This document shows positions 63,345 through 64,000 of a stretch of DNA of 64,000 bases, one piece after another. The translations under genes were made by a program, and so were the position numbers. Position 1 is the first letter of the stretch; each line of letters begins with the position of its first letter. The notes under the pieces were generated by a model. The model was given only the letters and a program-made list of their open reading frames with translations, was not told the origin of the DNA and searched no databases. The stretch comes from Felis catus (Eukaryota), in contig NC_058368.1 of NCBI RefSeq assembly GCF_018350175.1, positions 38,690,001 to 38,754,000 of the forward strand, read 5' to 3'.

Positions 63345-63510
63345 TTATTGAGCATTGTCCTAGATGTTTAACATAGATTTTTCTCTCATTTCTCATTTAC
63401 TAAACCAAAGTTACTCTTCAGATAAGTTTGTAAAAACCTGAGGATGAGAAGGCTTAAATAATTCAAATTCAAATTTGTCCAAGTGATTCCAAACCAAAGC
63501 TTTCTTTTAC
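63345..63510 (-). mobile_element. MIR
   Basis: catatttattgagcatt...tctcatttac...aaacctgaggatgagaaggcttaaataatt. Confidence 0.5.
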
Positions 63511-64000
63511 ACTAAAATGTCATATATTACTGGTAAATTTTTTTGGTCTTCCATTTATAAAGTGCATGCATTTGTATTTTCACTCTTTTCTGATTTTATA
63601 CTTAATATATTTTTGGGTGGGTAGAAATTTGGTACATACATAGCCATTCACATATTACTACCCACAGATAATTGATTATAAATCTGATGTGTGTGTTGTA
63701 TATATCATTTTCTGTATGTTTGAATTGTGTATCTATCTATCCTCTGTATTTATGTTTTACTTTTAGTTTGTTTTGTTTTTGTTGTTAAGCATCCCCTTTC
63801 TTTTAGAAACAACCATGGTTCTTTGAGGACCTGCACATTATTCATTCTAGAGAGAGAATGCCAAGCTCTTAACTGGTTCTACTGCTATAATAATGGTTGA
63901 TTGATTCAAGGGTAGGCAACTGTCTTATAATGCTTTCCCAGAATGTTTTCAGATAGAATTCAGAGGAAAAGTTCACTGTGTTAGAAATTGTGAAATACAA

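Noticed and set aside
1..64000. CRISPR array, operon or other prokaryotic-type system
   Set aside because: No regularly spaced repeat-spacer structure or gene-dense region; the sequence is mammalian repeat-rich non-coding DNA.

Overview
AT-rich mammalian non-coding DNA, almost certainly from a cat-family (Felidae) genome, judged from the felid-type Can-SINEs and a felid-type L1. I cannot support any host protein-coding gene, and the ORF track is explained by L1 remnants, SINEs, microsatellites or chance. The window is a layered record of transposition. It holds about 16 Can-SINEs, many with clear target-site duplications (TSDs), and one 5'-intact L1 (38812-44510, 18-bp TSD) with disrupted ORF1/ORF2. 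It also holds several older L1 fragments, ERV1 and MaLR solo LTRs, a Charlie1-like hAT remnant, MER5, MIR and L2. Four observations stand out: (1) the 5'-intact L1 has a short 5'UTR whose internal junction fits a spliced-then-retrotransposed L1 (SpIRE-like), which depends on my recollection of the cat L1 consensus and needs an alignment; (2) a tailless U2 snRNA retrocopy (nt 1-59) has a perfect 16-bp TSD and priming microhomology; (3) a ~2-kb L1 derivative keeps the 5'UTR, ORF1 and 3' end but lacks almost all of ORF2 (HAL1-like); (4) two L1 insertions have 5' inversions (twin priming). Repeat family names come from recognising motifs by eye, and boundaries of old elements are approximate. I found no evidence of a new multi-gene system.
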